In this document: positions 11,810 through 23,369 of the stretch, piece after piece
Layout: each line of letters opens with the position of its first letter
How positions within the stretch are numbered: the first letter of the stretch is position 1
Source of the DNA: Octopus vulgaris
Lineage: Eukaryota
Length of the DNA: 64,000 bases
NCBI GenBank assembly: GCA_951406725.2
Contig: OX597822.1
Location: 37,696,001-37,760,000 of the forward strand
Reading direction: 5' to 3'
Translations under genes and position numbers: made by a program
The notes under the pieces: generated by a model
Told to the model about the DNA's origin: nothing
Databases searched by the model: none
Seen by the model: the letters and a program-made list of their open reading frames with translations, nothing else

Positions 11810-12613
11810 ATATTTCTATTGTGAAACTGTTCAAAGCACCCTTTACACAAGAACATGTCTTGACCTGATATCCTTTTGTAGTTTTTTTTTTTTTTGCAAT
11901 GAACACAGTCTGCAAACTTTTTCTTCCATTTATTTTTTTTTTTACTTTATGGAAGTCAGTATTTCTCTGACAACCACCTCAGTTAATTTTTTTTTCTCAC
12001 AGTTCTGTGCTTTCTGGCAGAAAAGTCTTCACATAACTGAGATGCAATGTCAACCTGAAATTTCAAATGGTCATAGTCCTTTGGTGGTGGAGGTACCTTG
12101 TGGCATTTTACAAAAACAATATATGAATTAACTATAGTTAGACATAATGCTGGAGATATATGGATTACCATACCTCTTATATCAGGATTCCAGTAGTTCC
12201 ACAGTTGAGGAAGCTGTTTGATACCAAACATGTTAGTAGTAAAAAGAAAAAATGATTAAAAAAAAAAAAAAGGCTTGCAATTTTTGCAGTATCAGTTGGC
12301 TGCCATAGTGGATCAAGTCTTCCATGAATAGAAATTATGCGTTGAGCATAGTTATTTGTTTCCTCCTTGACAGTTTCAATAGAATTTTTCATTAAAAATA
12401 GTCCAATGGTTGAGCATCAGGAGGTAGACTTTAATTGTGGACTAGTCTTTTCTGTGAAATCGGGTATTGTGGTTGATGTAGTAATTTTCAACCATGTTGC
12501 TGTAATGTTTTCAAAATTATTTTCATCCAAAGACAAATCACTGGTTTTTGTATATTTTGTACATCATCAAGAGTAAAACCTTCAAAGTTAGAATCACTAC
12601 TTGCTGATGCCAT
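11810..12613 (-). pseudogene. Internally deleted piggyBac transposase relic in a p23 intron
   Basis: Minus-strand fragments MASASSDSNFEGF, ETNNYAQR, GIKQLPQLWNYW and a Cys-rich C-terminus (CVHC...LCKGCFEQFH), typical of piggyBac/PGBD transposases. Frameshifted. Confidence 0.65.
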
Positions 12614-13039
12614 ATCGTTAAAAACTGAGATGTACACTTCTCTTTAAATATTGAAAAAAAACCCCAAAATGTCTCAATTTCATATTTTTACTTGAATAAA
12701 GGCAGTAAAAGTTTTCTCACATTATCTCAAAACTACAAGAATTCAGTAATGTGATTTATCTTTTAGTGATTTTGTAGAGGAATTTGATGTGGCTGGATTC
12801 AACTGGTTCAAACAAATATAGTGGAATTATTTTCAGCTGGTTTTGGCCAGTCTGAACACTAAAGGGTTAATGCAGGACGTGACCAGCTGGATGTACTCAT
12901 TAGATACATGTGCTCCTCTCTGTGTTACTAATATTCCACATCTCCCTATTATTAAAGAAAGTGCTAAATTTGCAAAACTGCATTGTTTGAAGGAAACCTC
13001 AATTAATGATGTCTAATTGTTAGTCATGCAACACATTAA

Positions 13040-13240
13040 CCCTTTAGTATTCAGATTACATTGGTGTAATGCTTATTTATTCACATCATTTTGAATTACT
13101 CATTATCTCGTAGCTTTTACATTTTGTTGATTTTTTTAGAATGATATTGTAGAGTAGGTGGGAGAGGCCAGACCGAGCCACTTTGAATATAGAACAGGTA
13201 GAATATTTGGGTTGGATATGGCTGGTTTAAATGCTAAAGG
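13040..13240. mobile_element. Short TTAA/CCCTTTAG-terminated MITE (relatives at ~8282-8460 and, split, at ~11129-11190 / 12720-12865)
   Basis: TTAA CCCTTTAG ... CTAAAGGG termini and a shared body (TGTAATGCTTATTT...). Confidence 0.6.
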
Positions 13241-13318
13241 GCCCTCTAACAGATGGCACAGTGTCTAATGTTATATTTTAAGTGACACACTAATAATGTC
13301 CAACTGTTCTATTTTCAG

Positions 13319-13405
13319 CAACATCACTTGAAAACAGATTTTACCAGATGGAAGGACGAAGATGATTCTGACACAGATGAACCTGATGATTTCAACTTGA
13401 AAGAT
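13319..13405 (+). CDS. PTGES3: p23/PTGES3 coding exon (QHHLKTDFTRWKDEDDSDTDEPDDFNLKD)
   Basis: TTTTCAG acceptor, GTAAGT donor at 13406. Contains the L-x-x-DF-x-x-WKDEDD motif of p23. Confidence 0.95.
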
Positions 13406-13831
13406 GTAAGTAACTGTACACTTAAGTGTTGCAGTGACTGTGTAGGACAACCTGTGGAGCCCTTTGATTCCTATTTTACTAGGATGGACCCTCGTAGCCA
13501 ATTACTGTAACTGCATGTTCTGTTGCTCTAACCACACGTGATATTTCTGTAATTACATTATATTTACTATCACCTTGCTGTGTTTGTATAACTGACTGAG
13601 TGTATCTTTACTACATGGCAAGTTTAGTAATCTTGTTTAAAATGTGACAACAACAGACTATTAGGTGCTAATATACCTATTTGTTATTGAATTTGACTTA
13701 ATGGACCTGTTAGCCTTTAATGAAGAAATTCCTTCATAGAATTTGTTGGTTTAGTTTTGTTTTACAGCCAAAATCTTGAAGTAATCTATAGTTGCAAAAC
13801 TTATTTTGGTGTTTTTTCTTCCCTTTTATAG

Positions 13832-13870
13832 ATGATGAATAAAATGGGAGGTGTCGAGGATGGTGAAGAA
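13832..13870 (+). CDS. PTGES3: p23/PTGES3 coding exon (MMNKMGGVEDGEE)
   Basis: Pyrimidine tract + TAG acceptor, GTAAGT donor at 13871. MMNxMGG matches the Met/Gly-rich segment of the animal p23 tail. Confidence 0.9.
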
Positions 13871-13999
13871 GTAAGTTAACTTTCATATCCAAATATTTCA
13901 CCTTTCTCCTTTTTTTCCATTTTGCATTAAAAAGATTTTTTTTTTTCATTTTTCTTTTTCTCTTTTCTGATTGTTTTTTTTTATTTTTGTTTTTTCCAG

Positions 14000-14024
14000 A
14001 GTGAGGAAAATAGTGATGATGATT
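14000..14024 (+). CDS. PTGES3: p23/PTGES3 25-nt microexon (SEENSDDD + 1 nt)
   Basis: TTTTTCCAG acceptor, GTAAGT donor at 14025. Required to put the last exon in frame. Confidence 0.85.
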
Positions 14025-14446
14025 GTAAGTAGTAGTTCTTCCCATTGATGTTGCTGCCATTTTAGAACCGATTTTACTTTAAGATAACATTGAACCCATT
14101 TTCACTCAGTTCATCATTCTTAAGTTATGAGTGTGTGTAATAGCAGCTCATTAACGGAGTAAAAAAAATTCTTTAGATTCTTAACATTTTCCATAATTAG
14201 AGCAACTTGATGTAAGGTATTTTTTTTTCTTCACTTCAACTTTTTAAACATGAAATTTTACTATTTAGGATCATGATTTCATTTTGGTAAATTTCTATGA
14301 TGATGAAATTTACATCTTTTATTGAAATATATTTTAAACTTGGTTATTTACATCTTGAATATAAATTGGTGGGAAAAATAAGAGAATATTTTTTTAATAT
14401 TAACTATATCAGTGGTTTTAATTTTTTTTTTCTTATTTTATTTCAG

Positions 14447-14466
14447 GTCTTCCTGACTTAGAATAA
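14447..14466 (+). CDS. PTGES3: p23/PTGES3 terminal coding exon (C-LPDLE*)
   Basis: TTTCAG acceptor. Ends in PDLE-stop (TAA 14464-14466), like the C-terminus of vertebrate p23. Confidence 0.9.
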
Positions 14467-16055
14467 AACTGGCACACTTGCTTGCTGCAGAGCTAACCAG
14501 GGGGGATATATTATCATTCTTTCACAGCTACAGCAGTTTTGGCCCCAAATCCTCAAGAGCTGTTGTAAACTATCTGCCTGTCAATGCTGCATCACTTCAT
14601 CAAGATGTACTCTGGATATCTCCCTCCCATTTCACTGACACCTCTGTTTCTCTCTCATTGTTATTGTAGCTCTGTTATTCACCCGTCTTATGTTTTCCCC
14701 CCAACAAAACTCTCCCTTACTACTGTTGTATTAGAAATCCTTACCAATAATGTGTTATGATTTTTTTTTTAATTATTTAGCCTCTTTATTTCAATTGTTC
14801 CTTCTCACCTGATTATTGTATCCTGCCATCCAAATGTGTCTGTTAGCCTGACACTTTTGTAGCCCTTTCTTGTGGAGGAGATGTAGGAAGAGTAGCTCTT
14901 GAGGCAGACGTTTGATCTGTTTGCTGCTGTTTAATCATTCATTGATCCCCCTCTCCCACTTGTTTTTGTTTCCAATCAATTTCAGTTCATGTTCCCTCTC
15001 CCACCACCACCTCCACTGATAGGCTCCAAGAACAAATTAGAATGTTTGGAAGCAATGACGTTATGAATGGCGGCACTGTCTGCAATAACCAATGTGTGCA
15101 TGTGGGTATGGTTGTACGTGTGTGCATGTTCCACTGTTCTTTTCTCTGACATGTGTATTTTAGTTGGGTGTCAATCTCCTGTCTAGGAATCACCTGGAAA
15201 GAACCAGTCAGTATGCTACAACAGTCCTCTCTCCTTCCATCTACTTCAAAAAATAAATAAAATAGAAAATGGATCAAAGAAAGAAAGAAACCAAACATAT
15301 TGGTGGTGGGTTTTGCCCTTTTTCACTAAATCCATCAGAGGGTCTTATGTAAGGTGCTGTACCAGAGTGTGTCAAGTTAGCTGTCAAGGTTGGCAGGAGG
15401 GTAGACAAACTCTATCATAACTATGTTATTCCACCTGTTGCTAGTTTTTGCCATGTTCTTCAATTTGAAACTCTCTCTCTCTCTCTCTCTTAGGTCATTT
15501 GTTCAGTTCTAATAAAATTCGAGAGCCATGCTTCAGTTGAGTTTTCAAAGTTTTTCTTTTTAAATGAAACTGTTGTATTTCTCTAAAATGTAAATAATTC
15601 TTTTAAAGATAAAAACAGGGAAAAAAAAGTTAGCTCAATTTGGAACAGAGCTTTTATTTCTGTTGTATTGATGTTTTACATTGACAATTTGTTGAATTAG
15701 ATATATCCTGGTTGCTGCTTATTGGTTGAAACTTAGGGCATCCTGGAGACCTTTCCTAGCTTTTGGTTCAAGTGATGAACCAACCTTAAAGTAATCTACT
15801 TGGGTTTTGTTATCATGGGATCTGTGAAATAGCTAATCTTGCTCGATAACATAAATATATAAAATGGTATTGCATAATTATTGTAAATTTTAATTTCATA
15901 GTTTTCATTTGGATAATGGTTAACAAATTATTTTATTAATGACTATTATTAAACTTACAAACACGAGTCAGACATTTCAACAGCTATTGAGTATGAACAT
16001 TGTGCCACAGAAGATGATTAAGGAAACTTAAGTAATCCTGTTGGAAAATAAAACG
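14467..16055 (+). other. Probable p23 3' UTR; candidate poly(A) signals near 15255, 15511 and 16047
   Basis: Repeat-poor sequence after the stop codon with several AATAAA hexamers. The true 3' end cannot be determined from sequence alone. Confidence 0.5.
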
Positions 16056-16389
16056 TATTAAAAATAGTTCCGATTAAGGTACATTGGTTGATTGTACCTG
16101 TGAATACATGAAGCAGGAGAATTTCAGTATATGTTGTGCCTTTGAACAAGGTACATAACTCTGTTGGTTCCAGATTTCAATAAGAAAATAGAGCTTTCAT
16201 CTATGCCAAAGTCCAGTAGCAATGGATTGGTACTTGTAAGATAATTTGACATCTGACCATTCCATCTGTTCAAATATTGTGAAAAGTAAGCATATAGTTA
16301 ATCCAAAGAGAATTTTACTGGTTTTATTTGACTCTAGAGCACAGCATGCCAATGATAGTGTATTACATAAACTCCTTTTGCTCGATATT

Positions 16390-16575
16390 CTTTTCCACTC
16401 TAGACACAACAGGCCCAAAATTTTTGAGGAGGGTGGGGCAGTCGATTATATCGACCCCGAAAGGATGAAAGGCAAAGCTGACCTCAGCGGAATTTGAGCT
16501 CAGAACGTCAAGACAGACGAGATACTGCTCAGTATTTAGCCCAGCACGCTAAAGTTTCTGCCAGCTTGCCGCCTT
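16390..16575 (-). mobile_element. Second SINE family (GGCGGCGAGCTGGCAGAA head); other copies at ~18065-18248, 22905-23117, 23130-23345, 24005-24130, 36545-36935
   Basis: Repeated core GAGTTCAAATTCCGCCGAGGTCGACTTTGCCTTTCATCC (B-box-like) in many places. Confidence 0.8.
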
Positions 16576-19500
16576 ACTCCATTTGCTTGATATTGCATCA
16601 AATTAAGGCTGGAAGAAAGATTAACTCTTAAGATTTAAACAGACTATAGGGTAGTTTTGTCTAATGGTCGATCACCATATCTGTCATCTACATTAAAAAA
16701 AAAAAGTGCTATGTTTTTCAAAAACAAATTTTGTTTTAGTAATATTTGAACATATCCCTTGTTTAACATGCATTTTAATGTTATTAGATTATCAGAATAA
16801 CAAACAGCATAATATTTGATTTGGTTCTAAGATTTGGTTGGCAACTGTCTCCCATTAAATAGACAAACATTTTTTTTTTATTTTTAATTTATATTATTAA
16901 TTAATGTAGTTGGATTTTTTTTTCCATCCACAATTTGGATGAAGGCATTTGAAATATTCGTCAGTTATTAACCCTGTTGATACCGACCTGGTTGAAACTG
17001 GCTCTGTAGTACAAATGTCTTGCTTTCAAAAGTTCTGAATTATAATCTACCACCAAACACCTTTGTCACAATTTAAGCTCTGAACACTAAATTATAATAA
17101 CTAAATTATTTTGCTAAATTCTTTGTTATTTAAAATTAATTAAAAGAAACAGCATCTCAACAGAAATATGGTAACAAACAAAAGTGTAAAAATGGAAACC
17201 TATTTAAGCAGAACTTTAATGTTAACACGGTTACCTCCCTTAGTAATGTATGAGCCTTGATTTATCCAAAGCAGCACAAAACTTCACTTCACAAATTTAG
17301 GTCCTTGAATCATGTGGCATCAAAGGGGGGTGTGTGAATGGAACTTGTATTATTAGAATGTACTTTCTCATTCTTAGAGAGCCTCATCATCATTTAACAT
17401 CCCGTGTTCAAGGTTTGGGTTCAATCCCTCTATGCAGCACCTCTACAATAGTCATAGACTGACAAATGTCTTGTGAATGGATTTGGTAGAAACCTGGTGT
17501 TGGTCTGTTTGACTAAGTCGGTGCCCCAGCATCATTGCAGTCCAATTGACCGAAACTAGATGAAAGCAAAATCGTGCAATAGTGACTTACATTGTTTGCA
17601 ACTCTGATAGTCATCCTAACCATTTCTCAGATGATTTAAACGTTTATCAAATATTTCTCCTCACAAAATACGTTCTTAATCGGTCTTCATTTATGACAGA
17701 CTTTTGGTAACTCTAAATACCAAGTTGATGTTTGCTGTAACAGCAGTATAATTTTTTGTGTTTATGTACTGAAAGTTGTGCATATTCAACAATTATGACT
17801 TTGTCAAGGAGCACAAAAACGTTTACATGATGAATGCTATCTAGAAAGCAAAATCATATTTGCAGGCTAGGGAAGTAATACCAAATGAAAACTTACTAGC
17901 TGAAAACATTTTAATACATCTCATCGACAACCCTCACTTAGGACAACTGAAACGAAAGAGCATTGTCACTTGGTTAAAAGCCAGCTTGAATTCTCCATTT
18001 AGATTCATAAACAAAATAGGTACCAAACAAATGTATGTATATACATTTATACATAACAAATATCCTTTTCTACGCTAGGTACAAGGCCCAAAATTTTGGG
18101 GGAGAGGGGCAGCCCATTAGATTGACCCCCTCCCCTGCATGAAAGTCAAACTCGACCCCGGCAGAATTTGAACCCAGAATGTAAAGGCAGACAAAATACT
18201 GCTAAGCATTTCACCTGGCGTGCTACCGTTTCTGCCAGCTGGCTGCCTTTTATACATGCAAATATTACAACTGGAGATGCATGGCATAATGGTTAGGGTG
18301 TTGGACTCATTGAAAGTTTGTGGTTTTGATTGCTGGACTTGGCAATGCATTGTGTTCTTGAGTAAAACACTTCACTATTCTCCAGTCCACTCAGCTGGTA
18401 AAGATGAATGATCCTATAACGGATTGTCCTGTCCATGAAGGAATGTATATGCAAGAGAAACCAGCCCTGTGCAGAGTAATGTGGACTAACCATTACAACT
18501 GGTTAGTAACTGGGTTTGTACACTCCCAGATATATAAACTGGAAAATCACAGGTATATGTGCACTACATAACATTAGTCTCTAATGATACAGTAATAATT
18601 TATTCTCAAACATGATAATGCTAATACAATAGCATGAACAGGATAAACTATCCATATATTGCAGAAAAATTGTTACTGGCCAGCCATGAAACTCTTATTA
18701 CGTGTCAAGTGCTTTACCTTTAAGCTAAACTACCCAGTAATGGATTGTTCTGCAATTTTAGGATTTATAAATCTAGCTTTATAAGATGCTAATGTTAAAT
18801 TCAACTTACGATGAAAGTAAAACTATGTTTGCTTTAGAAGTGTTGGAATGTTCATGCTATTGTATTAGTATTTTGCATTTGAGAAATTATTTCTGTACCT
18901 TTCAATACATCTTGACGCTTCTAAAGCAAACTTAGTTTACTTTCATTGTAAGTTGAAATTAATCTATAAGACGTTCTACATCATTTTCATCTGGAATACA
19001 TCATCAACTTTCATTTGGATGCCACTTCATTCACATGGACGAAGAAAAAAAGAGGAACCATCAGTTACAAAGGCAAAGCATATTTTCCATTGGTTACTGT
19101 CTGTAATGACCTAACCATAATCTTACTCTTTGAGTCACTTCCAGAAAATCAAATCCAGCATCCCAGAAAGCATAAAGATGGTTGAAATCATTATATGGAG
19201 TGAACCCAAATAATTGGAACTCAACCACAGATAGACCAGTAAACGTGTTTAATGTGCGTTTTTTTCTATGCTAGCAGGAGTTGGGCCAGAGATTTTACAA
19301 CGGGATGCTGCTGCTGTTGCCAAACTTTGTTTGTGCTTCAAGGGTTCATTCTTCAGGTTTTCAAAATCACAGAACTGGTCATAATTCTAACAATGAATGT
19401 AAACATTTGCTGTTCTGCCCAAGCAATGCTGTCTGATGTCAACATTCAAGCATGCACATCCATATCTATACATTTGACAAGCTTCCTATAGTTTTCATCT

Positions 19501-20647
19501 ACCCAATTCACTCGTACAGCATTGGTTGGTCTGGGGCTATAGTAAATGATTTTTCTTGCAATATGTTTGGGCCCACAGGATTAATAGTGTTTTGGGTATA
19601 GTGTTCAGCAACCAGCAGAGCATTTTCCAACATCTCTCAGTTAAGAAAACTTCCCCTGGACCATGATCTGGCACGCTAATGTCTGTCATATTCCAAAACC
19701 AAACCAAGTAGGTACAACCACTTGACACTTGTCATCTGCACAAAGCTATAGTAGAAGATACTTACCTCAGGTGCCAAACAGTGGAACTGAACCTGGAACA
19801 ATGTGATTGGGAAACAAGCTTCTTACTACACAGCCAAGCTTACACCTATTTTGAAGAAGTTTCTATAACACTGTTAAACATTGAATGGCTATGGAGATCC
19901 ACAGAATAAAATGGTTATGAAAGGGGTTCATAAGGAAAAAGATGGTTTTATGATCTGGTTCAACTCTCAACCTCATCAAAAATAAAAAGTTGTGAAGAAA
20001 AAGAGTTGGGTCTCAAGAGAGGATAAAAGTCAACAGGCCAAATGCTAAAATGAGCTAAAATCCAACTGACAGCAACAACCACAAAGAATGGAAATAATGA
20101 TACAAAAAATCGGAAAAAAATCCTAAGAACAGTCTAAAAATTATTAGTCATTTACTGTTTTAATGACTCAAAAAGAAGCCTGGGTCAAGATGTGGCTGTG
20201 TGGTGAGAAGTTTTGTTTCCCACCCACATAGTTCTGGGTTCAGTTCCACTGTGTGCTAACTTACGCAGTTGTTTTCTAATACAGCTCCAGGCTGGCCAAA
20301 GTTTTGTGAGTGGATTTGGTTGAAAGAAACCTGTTGTGTAGATATATGTTAATGTATATGTATATATTAACGTTTATCCATCTGCCACCAATTGACAACC
20401 CATGTTGGTTTGCTTACATCCCTGAAACTTAACAAAAGAGTCCAATAAGGTAAGCTCCAGGCTTTAAACTGGAGTCAATTCATTCAATTAAAACACTCAG
20501 GTGATACCCTAGCATGGCCTCAGCCCAATGACAAGTAGAAGAATCAAAAATTGTTTACATATTTGCTGAAAAACAGCTATGTTTTCAGTACTTGGTCTAT
20601 AGTGATGGCAATGGATTATCAGAATTCTGTAGACTATGCTGCTCCAT

Positions 20648-20692
<45 letters not shown>

Positions 20693-21214
20693 CATTGCTT
20701 AAAGTTCCTGGCTTTAAGGGTATCACAAAAGGCCTGGTTGGAGGCTTAACCTCCCAAGATCTTTTATAGGGCTTAGAAAAACTGAAGGGCTACTAATAAG
20801 TGTGAATTTGAGAGGGGAATATGTTGAATAAAATCATAACTGATCCTCCTGTATTTTCTTTTTCCCAAAGTCAGCAACTTTCAGCACCCCTTTGTATATA
20901 TATATATATGATTTCAAAACACATGGGGTTATAAGTGTTGAAAATCCCTCTTGGATTGAAAACTTAAAGGCTGCCTGTGGAATAGAAACCCCCATCCCCC
21001 TATAGACATAATGGATGAAAGCAATCCTTTGAATTTCTCCCTCTCTTTCAGAGAAATAGAGAGATGCATACATAAATATGAATATATATATATAGATTCG
21101 GTGAATAAACTGTCATCTAAATTACGCAAAAATGAAAATAACACATATCTCATTTTAACAGATATATTTACCAAAATTGCATAAAAATATCTTGAAATAC
21201 TAAGGAGTAAATTT

Positions 21215-21935
21215 ATTCAATAAAACCACCATTGGCTTCAACCACAGCCTCCAGACGACTTTGGAATCTCTTGCAACTCCTCTGGATGGTCTCCTTGTCT
21301 AAGTTGGTGTTGCTGCCATAATCCTTGCGTTCAGTTCATCTTTGGTATTACAAGGAGTTTACATCTTTAGTGTAAACAAATCTCACGGAACTGCATCCCA
21401 TACATAATAATGCAGAGGGTTGCAGTCTGGGGAGTTTGGTGACCACATGTGGTTGCAGAAATTGTCTGACAGTGATGACTGGGTCCTGCTTGTGTGACAT
21501 GTTGCCAGTCACAGGATCTTCCAGCAGCCATCCTCTTGACCCAGAGCAGCACTACCTCCTCCAGGCACATGATGTAGTCCTTTGCGTTGAGTCTGAGGCT
21601 GTGTGGGAAGATGAATGGAGGCATAACGTCCCCGTCACTCCAAACACCATGATGTTGATTGAATGTTTGATTTTTATCACTCTCAGATTCCACTGTCCTC
21701 AGATTGATATCCAAACACTCTGAAATGTTCATATTGTTACTTCCGGCATGAATGCCAGGCAGTGCAGCATGTTGTTTCCAAATTGCTAGCAGAGTAAATT
21801 GCGTCATGGTGCTGTTTTTTCTCAAAGACGGTGCCCAACTGACCCAACTATACTGTGTAGTCGACAAAATAAGAAACAATGCACATGCGTTAAATTAAAA
21901 ATATAAAATGGTGACAATTTACTCCTCGCACCCTG
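21215..21935 (-). mobile_element. Tc1/mariner-superfamily transposase relic
   Basis: SDGDVMPPFIFP..LRLNAKDYIMCLEEVVLLWV and a degenerate WPPNSPDCNPL-YYVW motif. A related 3' fragment lies at ~36955-37150 (+). Confidence 0.75.
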
Positions 21936-23369
21936 TATATAATTGTGTGTGTTTGTATACATGCACACATACATATATAACTGCTTTGAAACCTCCAGCT
22001 TCTATATCCAGATTATGAATTCATATTCATACCAATAATAATTGGAGCACTAGGTTTTGTTAGTAAATGCTTAAAGGCAAATCTGGATAAACTGGGATTT
22101 TCAGAAAGAGAAATCGACCGGCTAATTCATACATTACAAGTGCAATCTGTGAGTGGGACAGTAAAAATGTGCAAGACTTTTCTTGTCTGTGTTAACTACT
22201 ACATCCCAATGATGGAGCCTTTCATCTCTGTTGGAAACCAGCTCCCTCTTCAGTGGGAGATTATAATAATTAAAAAATAGAAAAGGCATATATATATATA
22301 AATATACATGTAGATATGCATACACACACATATATGTATGTGTGTGTGTGTGTGTAGTGTGAGGGCGCATAATTTAACACTTAGATTGTTGCACTCATGA
22401 CTACGAAATGGTGGTTTCAGTTCCTGGACCCAGTTGTGCATTGTGGAGCCAAACATGCTACTCTGCAATTACTTCGACATGTGATAAGAGCTGCATCATG
22501 CACCTGTTCTGACAACGTTGATTTGATGGAGAGAGTGAACTAATTGTACCGCACACATATTTGAATGAACAAATTATTTGTGTTGGTTTATTCAGCAATA
22601 CAATGCAGATCCGTCTTCCTCAGACTACGAGAGATTGCCATCATTTCATTTCTGCTCCTGTGTTGTGCCTGACAGTATCTGTAAGAATGTGTGAGAGAGT
22701 GGGGTAAGTATGTGTGTGTGAGATTGCAGGCAAGTATGCGAATGGACAGAGACAGGAAAAAAATGACACACACACTCACACAGACAGCGTAAAAATGCTA
22801 ACACATGGAAGACCCTATGAGACCCTTCACAACTGGTTGTTATATGCTCTTACAGAATTAGTCAGAGCAATTGAGATCAAGAGCCCTGAGAAGTGAAGTG
22901 TTCAATGATTTCAAATTTTGGTACAAGGCCAGCAACTTCGGGGGAGGAGGTAAGTCGATTACATCGAGCCCAGTGCTCTACTGGTACTTATTTTATTGAC
23001 CCCAAAAGGATGAAAGGCCAAGTTGACCTCAGAGGAATTAGAACTCAGAATGTAAAGATGGATAAAATGCCGCTAAGCATTTTGTCTGGTGTGCTAATGA
23101 TTCTACCAACTCGCCTTAATAATATTAATAATGATTTCAAATTTTGGCACAAGGCTGGCAATTTCAGGAGATGAGATGGGTTGAATACATTAACCCCAGT
23201 ACTCAACTGGTACTTATTTTTATCGACTCAGACGGGATGAAAGGCAAAGTTGACCTTGGCGGAATTTAAATTCAGAATGTAAAGACGAACTAAAGTCTGC
23301 TAGGCATTCTGCCCAGCATATTAACAGTTCTGCCAGCTTGCCACCATAATAATAATAATAATATAAAAT

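Noticed and set aside
13440-13500. Resemblance to a TPP riboswitch (CCCTTTGA...CGTAG)
   Set aside because: It lacks the conserved UGAGA and CCUGA/GCG elements, so the similarity is superficial.
13328-13510. ORF-track 60-aa ORF as a standalone gene
   Set aside because: It is a p23 exon reading through into the intron.
15304-15343. H-type pseudoknot (loop GCCCTTT pairing with AGAGGGT)
   Set aside because: There is no linker between stem 1 and the second strand, so it is sterically implausible.
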